A stretch of 64,000 bases of DNA from Escherichia coli (GCF_003018255.1 NZ_CP027440.1), one strand, 5' to 3'. Positions 11,408 through 23,094 are shown, counted from the stretch's first letter. Numbers and translations are program-made. The notes: generated from the letters alone by a model not told the origin.

Positions 11408-13087
11408 ATGAAACAGAAAATTACGGATTACCTGGACGAAATCTACGGTGGAACATTTACCGCAACTCATTTACAGAAACTTGTAACGCGTCTTGAGAGT
11501 GCGAAACGATTAATTACACTGCGACGTAAAAAACACTGGGATGAAAGTGATGTCGTGTTAATCACCTATGCCGATCAATTTCACAGTAATGATTTAAAAC
11601 CACTACCCACATTTAATCAGTTTTACCCTCAATGGCTGCAAAGCATTTTTTCACATGTTCATTTATTACCTTTTTATCCATGGTCATCTGATGATGGCTT
11701 TTCGGTAATTGATTATCATCAGGTCGCCAGTGAAGCAGGGGAGTGGCAGGATATTCAGCAACTCGGTGATTGCAGTCATTTAATGTTTGATTTTGTCTGC
11801 AACCATATGTCGGCAAAAAGTGAATGGTTTAAAAACTATTTACAACAGCAGCCAGGTTTTGAAGATTTTTTTATTGCGGTTGATCCGCAAATCGATCTCA
11901 GCGCCGTCACCCGTCCGCGTGCGTTACCGTTATTAACGCCATTCCAGATGCGCGATAATTCAACGCGTCATTTATGGACCACCTTTAGCGACGATCAAAT
12001 TGACCTCAATTACCGTAGCCCTGAAGTGTTACTGGCGATGGTGGATGTTTTACTGTGTTACCTTGAGAAAGGTGCTGAGTATATCCGTCTGGATGCCGTT
12101 GGCTTTATGTGGAAAGAGCCGGGAACAAGCTGCATCCATCTGGAAAAAACACATCTGATTATCAAACTGTTACGGTCGATTATTGATAACGTTGCGCCAG
12201 GCACAGTGATCATTACCGAGACCAATGTTCCGCATATAGACAACATTGCTTACTTTGGCAACGGTGATGACGAAGCGCATATGGTGTACCAGTTCTCGCT
12301 GCCGCCGCTGGTGCTGCATGCGGTGCAAAAACAGAACGTTGAGGCACTTTGTGCGTGGGCGCAAAACCTGACACTACCTTCCAGCAACACCACCTGGTTT
12401 AACTTCCTTGCCTCTCACGATGGCATCGGGCTTAACCCACTGCGGGGGTTGTTGCCCGAAAACGAAATATTAGCGCTGGTCGAGGTGTTACAGCAGGAAG
12501 GGGCATTAGTAAACTGGAAAAATAATCCCGACGGTACGCGTAGCCCCTATGAAATGAATGTCACCTATATGGATGCGTTGAGCCGCCGTGAGTGTAGCGA
12601 CGAAGAACGGTGTGCCAGGTTTATTCTCGCCCATGCGATTTTGTTAAGTTTCCCCGGTGTGCCAGCGATATATATTCAAAGCATTCTGGGGTCGCGTAAT
12701 GATTACGCAGGTGTCGAAAAACTTGGATATAATCGTGCGATTAACCGTAAAAAATACTCTAGTAAAGAGATAACGACAGAACTGAACAATAAAGCGACAT
12801 TAAGGTATTTGATATATTATAAGTTGTCGCATTTAATTACACTTCGTCGCAGTCATAAAGAGTTTCATCCGGATAATAATTTCACCATTGATGCGATTAA
12901 TTCATTTGTAATGCGAATTCAAAGAAGCAATGCGGATGGCGATTGCCTGACGGGATTGTTTAATGTCAGTGAAAATATTCAGCATATAAATATTACTGAC
13001 CTGCACGGTCGGGATCTGATTAGTGAAGTTGATATATTGGGTAATGAAATAACACTGCATCCCTGGCAGGTTATGTGGATTAAATAA
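11408..13087 (+). CDS. ycjM: Glucosylglycerate phosphorylase (GH13_18 sucrose-phosphorylase-like)
   Basis: ORF 11381..13087; ATG at 11408 gives MKQKITDYLDEIYGG (559 aa); GH13 features. Confidence 0.85.
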   Translation: MKQKITDYLDEIYGGTFTATHLQKLVTRLESAKRLITLRRKKHWDESDVVLITYADQFHSNDLKPLPTFNQFYPQWLQSIFSHVHLLPFYPWSSDDGFSVIDYHQVASEAGEWQDIQQLGDCSHLMFDFVCNHMSAKSEWFKNYLQQQPGFEDFFIAVDPQIDLSAVTRPRALPLLTPFQMRDNSTRHLWTTFSDDQIDLNYRSPEVLLAMVDVLLCYLEKGAEYIRLDAVGFMWKEPGTSCIHLEKTHLIIKLLRSIIDNVAPGTVIITETNVPHIDNIAYFGNGDDEAHMVYQFSLPPLVLHAVQKQNVEALCAWAQNLTLPSSNTTWFNFLASHDGIGLNPLRGLLPENEILALVEVLQQEGALVNWKNNPDGTRSPYEMNVTYMDALSRRECSDEERCARFILAHAILLSFPGVPAIYIQSILGSRNDYAGVEKLGYNRAINRKKYSSKEITTELNNKATLRYLIYYKLSHLITLRRSHKEFHPDNNFTIDAINSFVMRIQRSNADGDCLTGLFNVSENIQHINITDLHGRDLISEVDILGNEITLHPWQVMWIK

Positions 13088-13100
13088 AAAGGAACATTTC

Positions 13101-14393
13101 ATGATTAAATCAAAAATCGTGCTGTTATCAGCACTGGTTTCCTGCGCCCTGATTTCAGGCTGTAAAGAAGAAAATAAAAATAATGTATCCATCGAATTTA
13201 TGCATTCTTCGGTGGAGCAGGAGCGCCAGGCCGTCATCAGCAAATTGATTGCCCGTTTTGAAAAAGAAAACCCAGGTATCACCGTAAAACAAGTGCCCGT
13301 GGAAGAAGACGCCTATAACACCAAAGTCATTACCCTTTCACGTAGCGGTTCGCTGCCGGAAGTGATCGAAACCAGCCATGACTACGCCAAAGTGATGGAC
13401 AAAGAGCAGCTTATCGATCGTAAAGCGGTTGCCACGGTCATCAGCAACGTCGGTGAAGGCGCGTTCTACGATGGCGTACTGCGGATTGTGCGCACCGAAG
13501 ATGGCAGCGCCTGGACCGGTGTTCCTGTCAGCGCATGGATTGGCGGGATCTGGTATCGCAAAGATGTGCTGGCAAAAGCTGGGCTGGAGGAGCCAAAAAA
13601 CTGGCAGCAATTGCTGGACGTTGCACAGAAACTGAATGACCCGGCGAATAAAAAATACGGTATTGCGCTGCCTACAGCAGAAAGCGTGTTGACGGAACAG
13701 TCTTTCTCCCAGTTTGCGTTATCCAATCAGGCTAACGTCTTTAACGCCGAAGGCAAAATCACCCTTGATACACCAGAGATGATGCAGGCGCTGACCTATT
13801 ACCGCAACCTTGCTGCCAACACCATGCCAGGTTCTAACGACATCATGGAAGTGAAAGACGCTTTTATGAACGGCACCGCGCCGATGGCGATTTACTCCAC
13901 CTATATCCTTCCGGCTGTGATTAAAGAAGGCGATCCGAAAAACGTTGGTTTCGTTGTACCCACCGAGAAAAACTCTGCGGTCTACGGCATGTTGACCTCG
14001 CTGACCATTACCGTCGGGCAAAAGGCCGAAGAGACGGAAGCGGCTGAAAAATTTGTCACCTTTATGGAGCAGGCAGACAACATTGCCGACTGGGTGATGA
14101 TGTCGCCAGGCGCGGCGCTGCCGGTGAACAAAGCGGTTGTCACTACCGCCACCTGGAAAGACAACGACGTTATTAAGGCGCTGGGTGAGCTGCCAAATCA
14201 GTTAATCAGCGAACTGCCAAATATTCAGGTCTTTGGCGCAGTAGGGGATAAAAATTTTACCCGCATGGGCGATGTGACGGGTTCTGGCGTGGTGAGCTCC
14301 ATGGTGCATAACGTCACCGTGGGTAAAGCCGACCTCCCTGGCACGCTGCAAACGAGCCAGAAAAAGCTGGATGAGTTGGTTGAACAGCGCTAA
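13101..14393 (+). CDS. ycjN: ABC transporter periplasmic sugar-binding lipoprotein
   Basis: 430-aa ORF with lipoprotein signal (LISGC); synteny. Confidence 0.85.
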   Translation: MIKSKIVLLSALVSCALISGCKEENKNNVSIEFMHSSVEQERQAVISKLIARFEKENPGITVKQVPVEEDAYNTKVITLSRSGSLPEVIETSHDYAKVMDKEQLIDRKAVATVISNVGEGAFYDGVLRIVRTEDGSAWTGVPVSAWIGGIWYRKDVLAKAGLEEPKNWQQLLDVAQKLNDPANKKYGIALPTAESVLTEQSFSQFALSNQANVFNAEGKITLDTPEMMQALTYYRNLAANTMPGSNDIMEVKDAFMNGTAPMAIYSTYILPAVIKEGDPKNVGFVVPTEKNSAVYGMLTSLTITVGQKAEETEAAEKFVTFMEQADNIADWVMMSPGAALPVNKAVVTTATWKDNDVIKALGELPNQLISELPNIQVFGAVGDKNFTRMGDVTGSGVVSSMVHNVTVGKADLPGTLQTSQKKLDELVEQR

Positions 14394-14413
14394 ACCCAGG
14401 ACAGGAATCCGCA

Positions 14414-15295
14414 ATGAACAGGCTTTTTTCAGGTCGTTCCGATATGCCCTTTGCGCTGTTGCTTCTCGCGCCCAGCTTATTACTGCTGGGCGGTCTGGTG
14501 GCGTGGCCGATGGTGTCGAATATCGAAATCAGTTTTTTACGTCTGCCGCTTAATCCCAACATCGAGTCAACGTTTGTTGGGGTGAGCAACTACGTGCGTA
14601 TTCTCTCCGATCCCGGCTTCTGGCACTCGCTGTGGATGACGGTCTGGTATACCGCGCTGGTGGTGGCGGGCAGCACCGTGCTCGGGCTGGCCGTGGCGAT
14701 GTTTTTCAACCGCGAGTTCCGCCTGCGCAAAACCGCGCGTTCGCTGGTGATCCTCTCCTACGTAACGCCGTCTATTTCGCTGGTGTTCGCCTGGAAATAC
14801 ATGTTCAACAACGGTTACGGCATTGTGAACTACCTCGGCGTCGATCTTCTGCATCTCTATGAGCAGGCACCGCTGTGGTTCGATAATCCGGGCAGTAGCT
14901 TTGTGCTGGTGGTGCTGTTCGCCATCTGGCGCTACTTCCCCTATGCCTTTATTTCGTTTCTGGCGATTTTGCAGACCATCGACAAATCGCTGTACGAAGC
15001 GGCAGAGATGGATGGCGCTAATGCCTGGCAACGGTTTCGTATCGTCACGCTGCCCGCGATTATGCCGGTCCTGGCGACGGTGGTGACCCTGCGCACCATC
15101 TGGATGTTCTACATGTTCGCGGATGTTTATCTGCTGACCACCAAGGTCGATATTCTCGGTGTCTATCTCTACAAAACCGCCTTTGCCTTTAATGACTTAG
15201 GGAAAGCGGCGGCGATCTCGGTGGTGCTCTTCATCATTATTTTCGCTGTCATTCTGCTGACCAGAAAACGGGTGAACCTCAATGGCAACAAATAA
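14414..15295 (+). CDS. ycjO: ABC transporter permease (MalF-like)
   Basis: 293-aa polytopic membrane ORF; synteny. Confidence 0.85.
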   Translation: MNRLFSGRSDMPFALLLLAPSLLLLGGLVAWPMVSNIEISFLRLPLNPNIESTFVGVSNYVRILSDPGFWHSLWMTVWYTALVVAGSTVLGLAVAMFFNREFRLRKTARSLVILSYVTPSISLVFAWKYMFNNGYGIVNYLGVDLLHLYEQAPLWFDNPGSSFVLVVLFAIWRYFPYAFISFLAILQTIDKSLYEAAEMDGANAWQRFRIVTLPAIMPVLATVVTLRTIWMFYMFADVYLLTTKVDILGVYLYKTAFAFNDLGKAAAISVVLFIIIFAVILLTRKRVNLNGNK

Positions 15296-16124
15296 ACGCA
15301 CACTCAGTCGCATCGGTTTTTACTGCGGGCTGGCGCTGTTTCTCATCATCACGCTGTTTCCGTTTTTTGTGATGCTGATGACCTCGTTCAAGAGCGCAAA
15401 AGAGGCGATCTCGCTGCATCCTACGCTGCTGCCGCAACAGTGGACGCTGGAGCATTATGTCGACATTTTTAACCCGATGATTTTCCCGTTTGTCGACTAC
15501 TTCCGTAACAGCATGGTGGTGTCGGTGGTTTCATCCGTGGTGGCGGTATTTCTCGGCATTCTCGGAGCTTACGCGCTTTCCCGCCTGCGCTTTAAAGGCC
15601 GGATGACCATCAACGCCAGCTTTTACACGGTGTACATGTTCTCTGGCATTTTGCTGGTGGTGCCGCTGTTCAAAATCATCACCGCGCTTGGTATTTACGA
15701 CACCGAGATGGCGCTGATCATTACCATGGTGACGCAAACCCTGCCCACCGCCGTGTTTATGCTGAAAAGCTACTTCGACACCATCCCTGATGAGATCGAA
15801 GAAGCGGCGATGATGGATGGCCTCAACCGTCTGCAAATCATCTTCCGTATCACCGTGCCCCTGGCGATGTCCGGGCTGATATCCGTGTTCGTCTACTGCT
15901 TTATGGTGGCGTGGAACGACTATCTGTTTGCGTCGATTTTCCTCTCCAGCGCCAGCAATTTCACCTTACCTGTGGGACTGAACGCGCTGTTCAGTACGCC
16001 TGATTACATCTGGGGACGGATGATGGCGGCCTCGCTGGTGACCGCATTGCCGGTGGTGATTATGTACGCGCTTTCGGAACGTTTTATTAAGAGTGGTTTG
16101 ACCGCCGGTGGCGTGAAGGGCTAA
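15282..16124 (+). CDS. ycjP: ABC transporter permease (MalG-like)
   Basis: 280-aa polytopic ORF overlapping the ycjO 3' end; EAA-type loop (EEAAMMDGLNRLQ). Confidence 0.85.
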   Translation: MATNKRTLSRIGFYCGLALFLIITLFPFFVMLMTSFKSAKEAISLHPTLLPQQWTLEHYVDIFNPMIFPFVDYFRNSMVVSVVSSVVAVFLGILGAYALSRLRFKGRMTINASFYTVYMFSGILLVVPLFKIITALGIYDTEMALIITMVTQTLPTAVFMLKSYFDTIPDEIEEAAMMDGLNRLQIIFRITVPLAMSGLISVFVYCFMVAWNDYLFASIFLSSASNFTLPVGLNALFSTPDYIWGRMMAASLVTALPVVIMYALSERFIKSGLTAGGVKG

Positions 16125-16154
16125 AGCGGCGAGTTTCTTGACAAGGAGTTTTAC

Positions 16155-17207
16155 ATGAAAAAGTTAGTAGCCACAGCACCGCGCGTTGCTGCGCTGGTTG
16201 AGTATGAAGATCGGGCGATTTTAGCCAATGAAGTGAAGATCCGCGTGCGCTTCGGCGCACCGAAGCACGGGACGGAAGTGGTCGATTTCCGCGCTGCCAG
16301 TCCGTTTATCGATGAAGACTTTAACGGCGAATGGCAGATGTTCACCCCGCGTCCGGCAGATGCGCCGCGCGGCATTGAGTTTGGCAAATTCCAGCTTGGC
16401 AACATGGTGGTTGGCGACATTATCGAGTGCGGCAGCGACGTTACCGACTACGCGGTGGGCGACAGCGTATGCGGCTACGGCCCGCTCTCCGAGACGGTCA
16501 TCATTAACGCAGTGAATAACTACAAGCTGCGCAAAATGCCGCAAGGCAGTTCGTGGAAAAACGCTGTCTGCTACGACCCGGCGCAGTTTGCCATGAGCGG
16601 CGTGCGCGATGCCAATGTGCGCGTGGGCGATTTTGTGGTGGTGGTAGGGCTTGGCGCGATCGGTCAAATTGCCATTCAACTGGCTAAACGTGCTGGCGCG
16701 TCGGTGGTGATTGGCGTCGATCCTATCGCCCATCGCTGTGAGATTGCCCGTCGCCACGGCGCGGATTTCTGCCTTAACCCCATTGGCACTGACGTAGGCA
16801 AAGAGATCAAAACGCTAACCGGCAAGCAGGGTGCCGATGTGATTATCGAAACCAGCGGCTATGCCGACGCGCTGCAATCGGCGCTACGAGGTCTGGCATA
16901 TGGCGGCACCATCTCGTATGTCGCGTTTGCCAAACCGTTTGCCGAAGGTTTTAACCTCGGACGCGAAGCCCATTTCAATAACGCCAAAATTGTTTTCTCC
17001 CGTGCGTGCAGCGAGCCGAACCCGGATTATCCGCGCTGGAGCCGCAAACGTATCGAAGAAACCTGTTGGGAACTGCTGATGAACGGTTATCTCAATTGTG
17101 AAGATTTAATCGACCCGGTGGTGACCTTTGCCAATAGCCCGGAAAGTTACATGCAGTATGTCGACCAGCATCCGGAACAGAGCATCAAAATGGGCGTTAC
17201 GTTTTAA
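16155..17207 (+). CDS. ycjQ: Zn-dependent alcohol-dehydrogenase-like sugar dehydrogenase
   Basis: 350-aa MDR-family ORF with Rossmann motif (VVGLGAIGQIA). Confidence 0.85.
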   Translation: MKKLVATAPRVAALVEYEDRAILANEVKIRVRFGAPKHGTEVVDFRAASPFIDEDFNGEWQMFTPRPADAPRGIEFGKFQLGNMVVGDIIECGSDVTDYAVGDSVCGYGPLSETVIINAVNNYKLRKMPQGSSWKNAVCYDPAQFAMSGVRDANVRVGDFVVVVGLGAIGQIAIQLAKRAGASVVIGVDPIAHRCEIARRHGADFCLNPIGTDVGKEIKTLTGKQGADVIIETSGYADALQSALRGLAYGGTISYVAFAKPFAEGFNLGREAHFNNAKIVFSRACSEPNPDYPRWSRKRIEETCWELLMNGYLNCEDLIDPVVTFANSPESYMQYVDQHPEQSIKMGVTF

Positions 17208-17224
17208 TTCAAAGGAATGAAAAA

Positions 17225-18013
17225 ATGAAAATCGGCACACAGAATCAGGCGTTCTTTCCGGAAAACATTCTGGAGAAATTTCGTTATATCAAAGAGATGG
17301 GTTTCGATGGTTTTGAGATCGACGGCAAACTGCTGGTCAACAATCTCGAAGAAGTCAAAGCAGCAATCAAAGAAACCGGTTTACCGGTGATCACCGCCTG
17401 CGGTGGCTATGACGGTTGGATTGGCGACTTTATCGAAGAGCGTCGACTTAATGGCTTAAAGCAGATCGAACGCATTCTTGAAGCTCTGGCAGAAGTGGGC
17501 GGTAAAGGTATCGTCGTTCCGGCTGCATGGGGCATGTTTACCTTCCGCTTACCGCCGATGACCTCGCCGCGTAGCCTGGACGGCGACCGCAAAATGGTGA
17601 GTGATTCCCTGCGCGTACTGGAAAAGGTGGCCGCATGTACCGGAACCGTGGTGTACCTCGAACCGTTAAACCGTTATCAGGATCACATGATCAACACCCT
17701 CGCCGATGCCCGCCGTTACATCGTCGAAAACGATCTTAAACATGTACAGATTATCGGCGATTTCTATCACATGAATATCGAAGAAGATAACCTGGCGCAG
17801 GCGCTGCATGACAACCGCGACCTGCTCGGTCATGTGCATATTGCCGATAACCATCGCTACCAGCCGGGCAGCGGCACCCTGGATTTCCACGCGCTGTTTG
17901 AACAGCTGCGCGCGGATAACTATCAGGGCTATGTGGTGTATGAAGGGCGTATCCGGGCAGAAAATCCTGCCCAGGCGTACCGTGATTCGTTGGCCTGGTT
18001 GCGCACCTGCTAA
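17225..18013 (+). CDS. ycjR: Sugar phosphate isomerase/epimerase (xylose-isomerase-like TIM barrel)
   Basis: 262-aa ORF; synteny. Confidence 0.85.
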   Translation: MKIGTQNQAFFPENILEKFRYIKEMGFDGFEIDGKLLVNNLEEVKAAIKETGLPVITACGGYDGWIGDFIEERRLNGLKQIERILEALAEVGGKGIVVPAAWGMFTFRLPPMTSPRSLDGDRKMVSDSLRVLEKVAACTGTVVYLEPLNRYQDHMINTLADARRYIVENDLKHVQIIGDFYHMNIEEDNLAQALHDNRDLLGHVHIADNHRYQPGSGTLDFHALFEQLRADNYQGYVVYEGRIRAENPAQAYRDSLAWLRTC

Positions 18014-18022
18014 GAGGTCTTT

Positions 18023-19078
18023 GTGAAAAGTGCAATGACAAGCTCTCCGCTGCGTGTCGCGATAATCGGCGCAGGCCAGGTGGCGGATAATGTTCATGCT
18101 TCGTACTACTGCACCCGCAACGATCTGGAACTGGTGGCTGTCTGTGACAGCCGCCTTTCCCAGGCGCAGGCGCTGGCAGAAAAATACGGGAATGCATCCG
18201 TGTGGGACGATCCGCAGGCCATGCTGCTGGCGGTGAAACCTGATGTGGTTAGCGTCTGCTCACCTAACCGTTTTCATTACGAACATACCCTGATGGCGCT
18301 GGAAGCGGGCTGCCATGTGATGTGCGAAAAACCGCCCGCCATGACGGCAGAACAGGCGCGGGAAATGTGCGATACCGCGCGCAAACAGGGCAAGGTGCTG
18401 GCCTACGACTTTCATCATCGTTTTGCACTCGATACGCAACAGCTGCGTGAACAGGTGACCAACGGCGTTTTGGGAGAGATTTACGTTACCACCGCCCGCG
18501 CCCTGCGTCGTTGCGGTGTTCCCGGCTGGGGTGTCTTTACTAATAAAGAATTGCAGGGCGGAGGCCCGCTGATCGACATCGGCATTCATATGCTGGATGC
18601 GGCGATGTATGTGCTGGGTTTTCCAGCGGTGAAAAGCGTGACTGCGCATAGCTTTCAAAAGATCGGCACGCAAAAGAGCTGCGGTCAATTTGGCGAGTGG
18701 GACCCGGCAACCTACAGCGTCGAAGATTCGCTGTTTGGCACCATTGAATTTCATAACGGCGGCATTCTGTGGCTTGAGACCTCATTTGCACTCAACATCC
18801 GCGAACAGTCGATTATGAACGTCAGCTTTTGTGGTGATAAAGCCGGGGCGACGCTGTTTCCAGCACATATCTACACCGATAACAACGGTGAGTTAATGAC
18901 GCTGATGCAACGGGAAATGGCAGACGACAACCGTCATCTGCGCAGTATGGAAGCCTTTATCAACCACGTACAAGGTAAGCCCGTGATGATAGCCGACGCC
19001 GAGCAGGGATACATCATCCAGCAACTGGTGGCGGCGCTTTATCAATCCGCAGAAACAGGGACGCGTGTGGAATTATGA
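18023..19078 (+). CDS. ycjS: Gfo/Idh/MocA-family NAD-dependent oxidoreductase
   Basis: 351-aa ORF with N-terminal Rossmann (VAIIGAGQVADN); GTG/ATG start region. Confidence 0.85.
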   Translation: MKSAMTSSPLRVAIIGAGQVADNVHASYYCTRNDLELVAVCDSRLSQAQALAEKYGNASVWDDPQAMLLAVKPDVVSVCSPNRFHYEHTLMALEAGCHVMCEKPPAMTAEQAREMCDTARKQGKVLAYDFHHRFALDTQQLREQVTNGVLGEIYVTTARALRRCGVPGWGVFTNKELQGGGPLIDIGIHMLDAAMYVLGFPAVKSVTAHSFQKIGTQKSCGQFGEWDPATYSVEDSLFGTIEFHNGGILWLETSFALNIREQSIMNVSFCGDKAGATLFPAHIYTDNNGELMTLMQREMADDNRHLRSMEAFINHVQGKPVMIADAEQGYIIQQLVAALYQSAETGTRVEL

Positions 19079-21342
19079 TCAGGCCAGTAACGTTAACGGA
19101 ACCCCATTTCAGCCAGCATACCCTGAACAAGTATGCTTCGCTGATGGCGCAGGGGAACGGCTATCTTGGGCTTCGCGCCAGCCATGAAGAAGATTACACG
19201 CGCCAGACGCGCGGCATGTATCTGGCAGGGCTTTATCATCGGGCGGGTAAAGGTGAAATCAACGAACTGGTGAACCTGCCTGATGTCGTGGGGATGGAGA
19301 TTGCCATAAATGGTGAGATTTTCTCGTTATCCCGCGAAGCATGGCAGCGTGAGCTTAACTTTGCCAGTGGCGAATTACGCCGCAACGTTGTCTGGCGTAC
19401 CAGCAACGGCGCAGGTTACACCATCACCAGCCGTCGCTTTGTTTCGGCAGACCAACTGCCGCTCATTGCGCTGGAAATCACTATTACGCCACTGGACGCC
19501 GACGCGTTAGTGCTGATTTCAACAGGCATTGACGCCACGCAAACCAACCACGGACGACAACATCTCGACGAAACCCAGGTGCGGGTGTTTGGTCAGCATT
19601 TGATGCAGGGGATCTATACCACTCAGGATGGACGCAGTGATGTGGCCATCAGCTGTTGCTGCCAGGTGAGCGGTGACGTGCAGCAATGCTATACCGCCAA
19701 AGAGCGCCGCTTGCTGCAACATACCAGTGCACAACTACCTGCGGGCAAAACGCTGTCGCTGCAAAAACGGGTGTGGATCGACTGGCGGGACGACAGACAC
19801 GTCGCTTTAGACGAGTGGGGTAGTGCATCGCTTCGTCAGCTTGAAATGTGTGCGCAGCAGAGTTACGACCAACTTCTTGCAGCATCCACAGAAAACTGGC
19901 GTCAGTGGTGGCAGAAACGTCGTATCACGGTAAACGGCGGCGATGCGCACGATCAGCAAGCGTTAGATTATGCGCTTTATCACCTACGCATCATGACGCC
20001 TGCTCACGACGAGCGCAGCAGTATTGCGGCAAAAGGTTTGACCGGGGAAGGCTACAAAGGCCACGTTTTCTGGGATACGGAAGTATTTTTACTGCCGTTC
20101 CATCTGTTTAGCGAACCGACGATTGCCAGAAGTTTACTGCGTTATCGCTGGCACAACTTGCCTGGCGCGCAGGAGAAAGCGCGACGCAATGGCTGGCAGG
20201 GTGCGCTATTTCCGTGGGAAAGCGCGCGCAGCGGCGAAGAAGAGACGCCGGAATTTGCCGCCATTAACATCCGCACCGGACTGCGCCAGAAAGTGGCCTC
20301 GGCGCAGGCTGAACACCATTTGGTGGCTGATATCGCCTGGGCGGTTATTCAATACTGGCAGGCAACGGGGGATGAAAGTTTCATTGCCCACGAAGGCATG
20401 GCGTTACTTCTGGGAACCGCAAAATTCTGGATTAGCCGCGCTGTACAGGTAAACGATCGTCTGGAAATTCACAATGTTATTGGGCCAGACGAATATACCG
20501 AACATGTCAATAATAACGCCTTCACCAGCTATATGGCGTATTACAACGTCCAGCAGGCGCTGAATATCGCTCGTAAGTTTGGTTGTAGCGACGACGCGTT
20601 TATTCATCGTGCCGAAATATTCCTCAAAGAACTGCGGCTGCCAGAAATTCAGCCTGACGGCGTTTTGCCGCAGGATGATTCGTTTATGGCGAAACCAGCG
20701 ATTAATCTGGCGAAATACAAAGCGGCGGCGGGGAAGCAAACCATTCTGCTGGATTATTCACGCGCAGAAGTGAACGAGATGCAGATCCTCAAACAAGCTG
20801 ATGTGGTGATGCTCAATTACATGCTGCCGGAGCAGTACTCAGCGGCATCGTGTCTTGCCAATCTGCAATTTTATGAACCGCGCACCATTCACGACTCTTC
20901 ACTGAGTAAAGCGATCCACGGCATTGTTGCCGCACGCTGTGGCCTGTTGGCGCAAAGTTATCAGTTCTGGCGCGAGGGGACTGAAATCGATCTTGGTGCT
21001 GACCCGCATAGCTGTGATGACGGTATCCACGCAGCCGCAACTGGCGCTATTTGGCTGGGGGCGATTCAGGGTTTTGCCGGGGTGAGCGTGCGTAACGGTG
21101 AATTGCATCTCAATCCAGCGTTACCTGAGCAGTGGCAACAGTTGTCTTTCCCTCTGTTCTGGCAGGGCTGCGAATTACAGGTCACTCTCGACGCGCAGCG
21201 TATTGCGATTCGAACTTCTGCGCCCGTTTCACTGCGTTTGAACGGGCAGCTTATATCTGTGGCTGAAGAATCTGTTTTCTGTTTGGGTGATTTTATTTTG
21301 CCCTTCAATGGGACCGCTACCACGCATCAGGAGGATGAATGA
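19075..21342 (+). CDS. ycjT: Kojibiose phosphorylase (GH65)
   Basis: 755-aa ORF overlapping the ycjS stop by 4 nt. Confidence 0.85.
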   Translation: MIRPVTLTEPHFSQHTLNKYASLMAQGNGYLGLRASHEEDYTRQTRGMYLAGLYHRAGKGEINELVNLPDVVGMEIAINGEIFSLSREAWQRELNFASGELRRNVVWRTSNGAGYTITSRRFVSADQLPLIALEITITPLDADALVLISTGIDATQTNHGRQHLDETQVRVFGQHLMQGIYTTQDGRSDVAISCCCQVSGDVQQCYTAKERRLLQHTSAQLPAGKTLSLQKRVWIDWRDDRHVALDEWGSASLRQLEMCAQQSYDQLLAASTENWRQWWQKRRITVNGGDAHDQQALDYALYHLRIMTPAHDERSSIAAKGLTGEGYKGHVFWDTEVFLLPFHLFSEPTIARSLLRYRWHNLPGAQEKARRNGWQGALFPWESARSGEEETPEFAAINIRTGLRQKVASAQAEHHLVADIAWAVIQYWQATGDESFIAHEGMALLLGTAKFWISRAVQVNDRLEIHNVIGPDEYTEHVNNNAFTSYMAYYNVQQALNIARKFGCSDDAFIHRAEIFLKELRLPEIQPDGVLPQDDSFMAKPAINLAKYKAAAGKQTILLDYSRAEVNEMQILKQADVVMLNYMLPEQYSAASCLANLQFYEPRTIHDSSLSKAIHGIVAARCGLLAQSYQFWREGTEIDLGADPHSCDDGIHAAATGAIWLGAIQGFAGVSVRNGELHLNPALPEQWQQLSFPLFWQGCELQVTLDAQRIAIRTSAPVSLRLNGQLISVAEESVFCLGDFILPFNGTATTHQEDE

Positions 21343-21998
21343 AACTGCAAGGGGTAATTTTCGATCTGGATGGTGTAATCACCGATACCGCGCATCTGCA
21401 TTTCAAGGCGTGGCAGCAGATTGCCGCTGAAATTGGCATCAGCATTGATGCGCAGTTTAACGAATCCCTAAAAGGGATCAGCCGCGATGAGTCTCTGCGG
21501 CGCATTCTGCAACACGGGGGCAAAGAGGGCGACTTTAACCCGCAGGAGAGGGCGCAACTGGCGTATCGCAAAAATCTGCTCTACGTCCACTCACTGCGCG
21601 AACTGACGGTTAATGCTGTGCTGCCCGGCATTCGCAATTTGCTGGCAGATCTCCGTGCACAGCAGATCCCTATAGGGCTGGCTTCTGTCTCCCTGAATGC
21701 GCCGACGATTTTAGCAGCGCTGGAGCTGCGCGAGTTTTTCACCTTCTGCGCGGACGCTTCCCAACTTAAAAACTCGAAACCGGACCCGGAAATCTTTCTC
21801 GCCGCCTGTGCCGGACTGGGCGTGCCGCCGCAGGCATGTATCGGCATTGAAGATGCGCAGGCGGGCATTGACGCCATTAACGCCAGCGGTATGCGCTCGG
21901 TGGGGATCGGCGCGGGCTTAACCGGGGCGCAATTATTGTTGCCCTCAACGGACTCCCTGACCTGGCCGCGGTTATCGGCCTTCTGGCAAAACGTATAG
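21339..21998 (+). CDS. ycjU: Beta-phosphoglucomutase (HAD superfamily)
   Basis: 219-aa ORF with HAD motif I ([13 protein letters not shown]); overlaps the ycjT stop. Confidence 0.88.
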   Translation: MKLQGVIFDLDGVITDTAHLHFKAWQQIAAEIGISIDAQFNESLKGISRDESLRRILQHGGKEGDFNPQERAQLAYRKNLLYVHSLRELTVNAVLPGIRNLLADLRAQQIPIGLASVSLNAPTILAALELREFFTFCADASQLKNSKPDPEIFLAACAGLGVPPQACIGIEDAQAGIDAINASGMRSVGIGAGLTGAQLLLPSTDSLTWPRLSAFWQNV

Positions 21999-22011
21999 CA
22001 AAGGAATCAAC

Positions 22012-23094
22012 ATGGCACAGCTTTCGTTACAACATATTCAAAAGATCTACGATAACCAGGTGCATGTGGTGAAGGACTTCAACCTGGAGATTGCCGATAA
22101 AGAGTTCATCGTGTTTGTCGGTCCGTCGGGCTGCGGTAAATCGACCACCCTGCGTATGATTGCCGGGCTTGAGGAGATCAGCGGCGGTGATCTGTTGATC
22201 GACGGCAAACGAATGAATGACGTTCCAGCCAAAGCACGCAATATCGCGATGGTGTTCCTGAACTACGCGCTGTATCCGCATATGACGGTCTACGACAACA
22301 TGGCGTTTGGCCTGAAGATGCAAAAAATCGCCAGAGAGGTGATTGATGAGCGGGTGAACTGGGCGGCGCAAATTCTCGGCCTGCGTGAGTACCTGAAACG
22401 CAAGCCGGGCGCGCTTTCCGGCGGGCAACGTCAGCGAGTGGCGCTTGGGCGGGCGATTGTGCGCGAAGCGGGCGTGTTTTTAATGGATGAGCCGCTCTCT
22501 AACCTGGATGCCAAGCTGCGCGTGCAAATGCGCGCAGAGATCAGCAAGCTGCATCAGAAACTGAACACCACCATGATCTACGTGACCCACGATCAGACCG
22601 AAGCGATGACCATGGCGACGCGGATTGTGATTATGAAGGATGGGATTGTTCAGCAAGTAGGTGCGCCGAAAACGGTTTATAACCAACCCGCGAATATGTT
22701 TGTTGCCGGATTTATTGGATCACCGGCGATGAATTTTATTCGCGGCACGATCGATGGCGATAAATTCGTTACTGAAACGCTTAAATTAACCATTCCCGAA
22801 GAGAAATTAGCGGTTCTGAAAACACAGGAAAGTTTGCATAAGCCCATCGTGATGGGAATACGCCCGGAAGATATTCATCCGGACGCGCAAGAGGAAAATA
22901 ACATTTCCGCCAAAATTAGCGTGGCAGAATTAACCGGTGCTGAATTTATGCTCTACACCACGGTTGGGGGGCACGAACTGGTGGTCCGTGCTGGTGCGTT
23001 AAATGATTATCATGCAGGAGAAAATATCACTATTCATTTTGATATGACTAAATGTCATTTCTTTGATGCAGAAACGGAAATAGCAATTCGCTAA
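22012..23094 (+). CDS. ycjV: ABC transporter ATP-binding protein (MalK-like, with C-terminal regulatory domain)
   Basis: 360-aa ORF: Walker A GPSGCGKST, signature LSGGQRQRV, Walker B FLMDEPLSNLD; full length. Confidence 0.88.
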   Translation: MAQLSLQHIQKIYDNQVHVVKDFNLEIADKEFIVFVGPSGCGKSTTLRMIAGLEEISGGDLLIDGKRMNDVPAKARNIAMVFLNYALYPHMTVYDNMAFGLKMQKIAREVIDERVNWAAQILGLREYLKRKPGALSGGQRQRVALGRAIVREAGVFLMDEPLSNLDAKLRVQMRAEISKLHQKLNTTMIYVTHDQTEAMTMATRIVIMKDGIVQQVGAPKTVYNQPANMFVAGFIGSPAMNFIRGTIDGDKFVTETLKLTIPEEKLAVLKTQESLHKPIVMGIRPEDIHPDAQEENNISAKISVAELTGAEFMLYTTVGGHELVVRAGALNDYHAGENITIHFDMTKCHFFDAETEIAIR

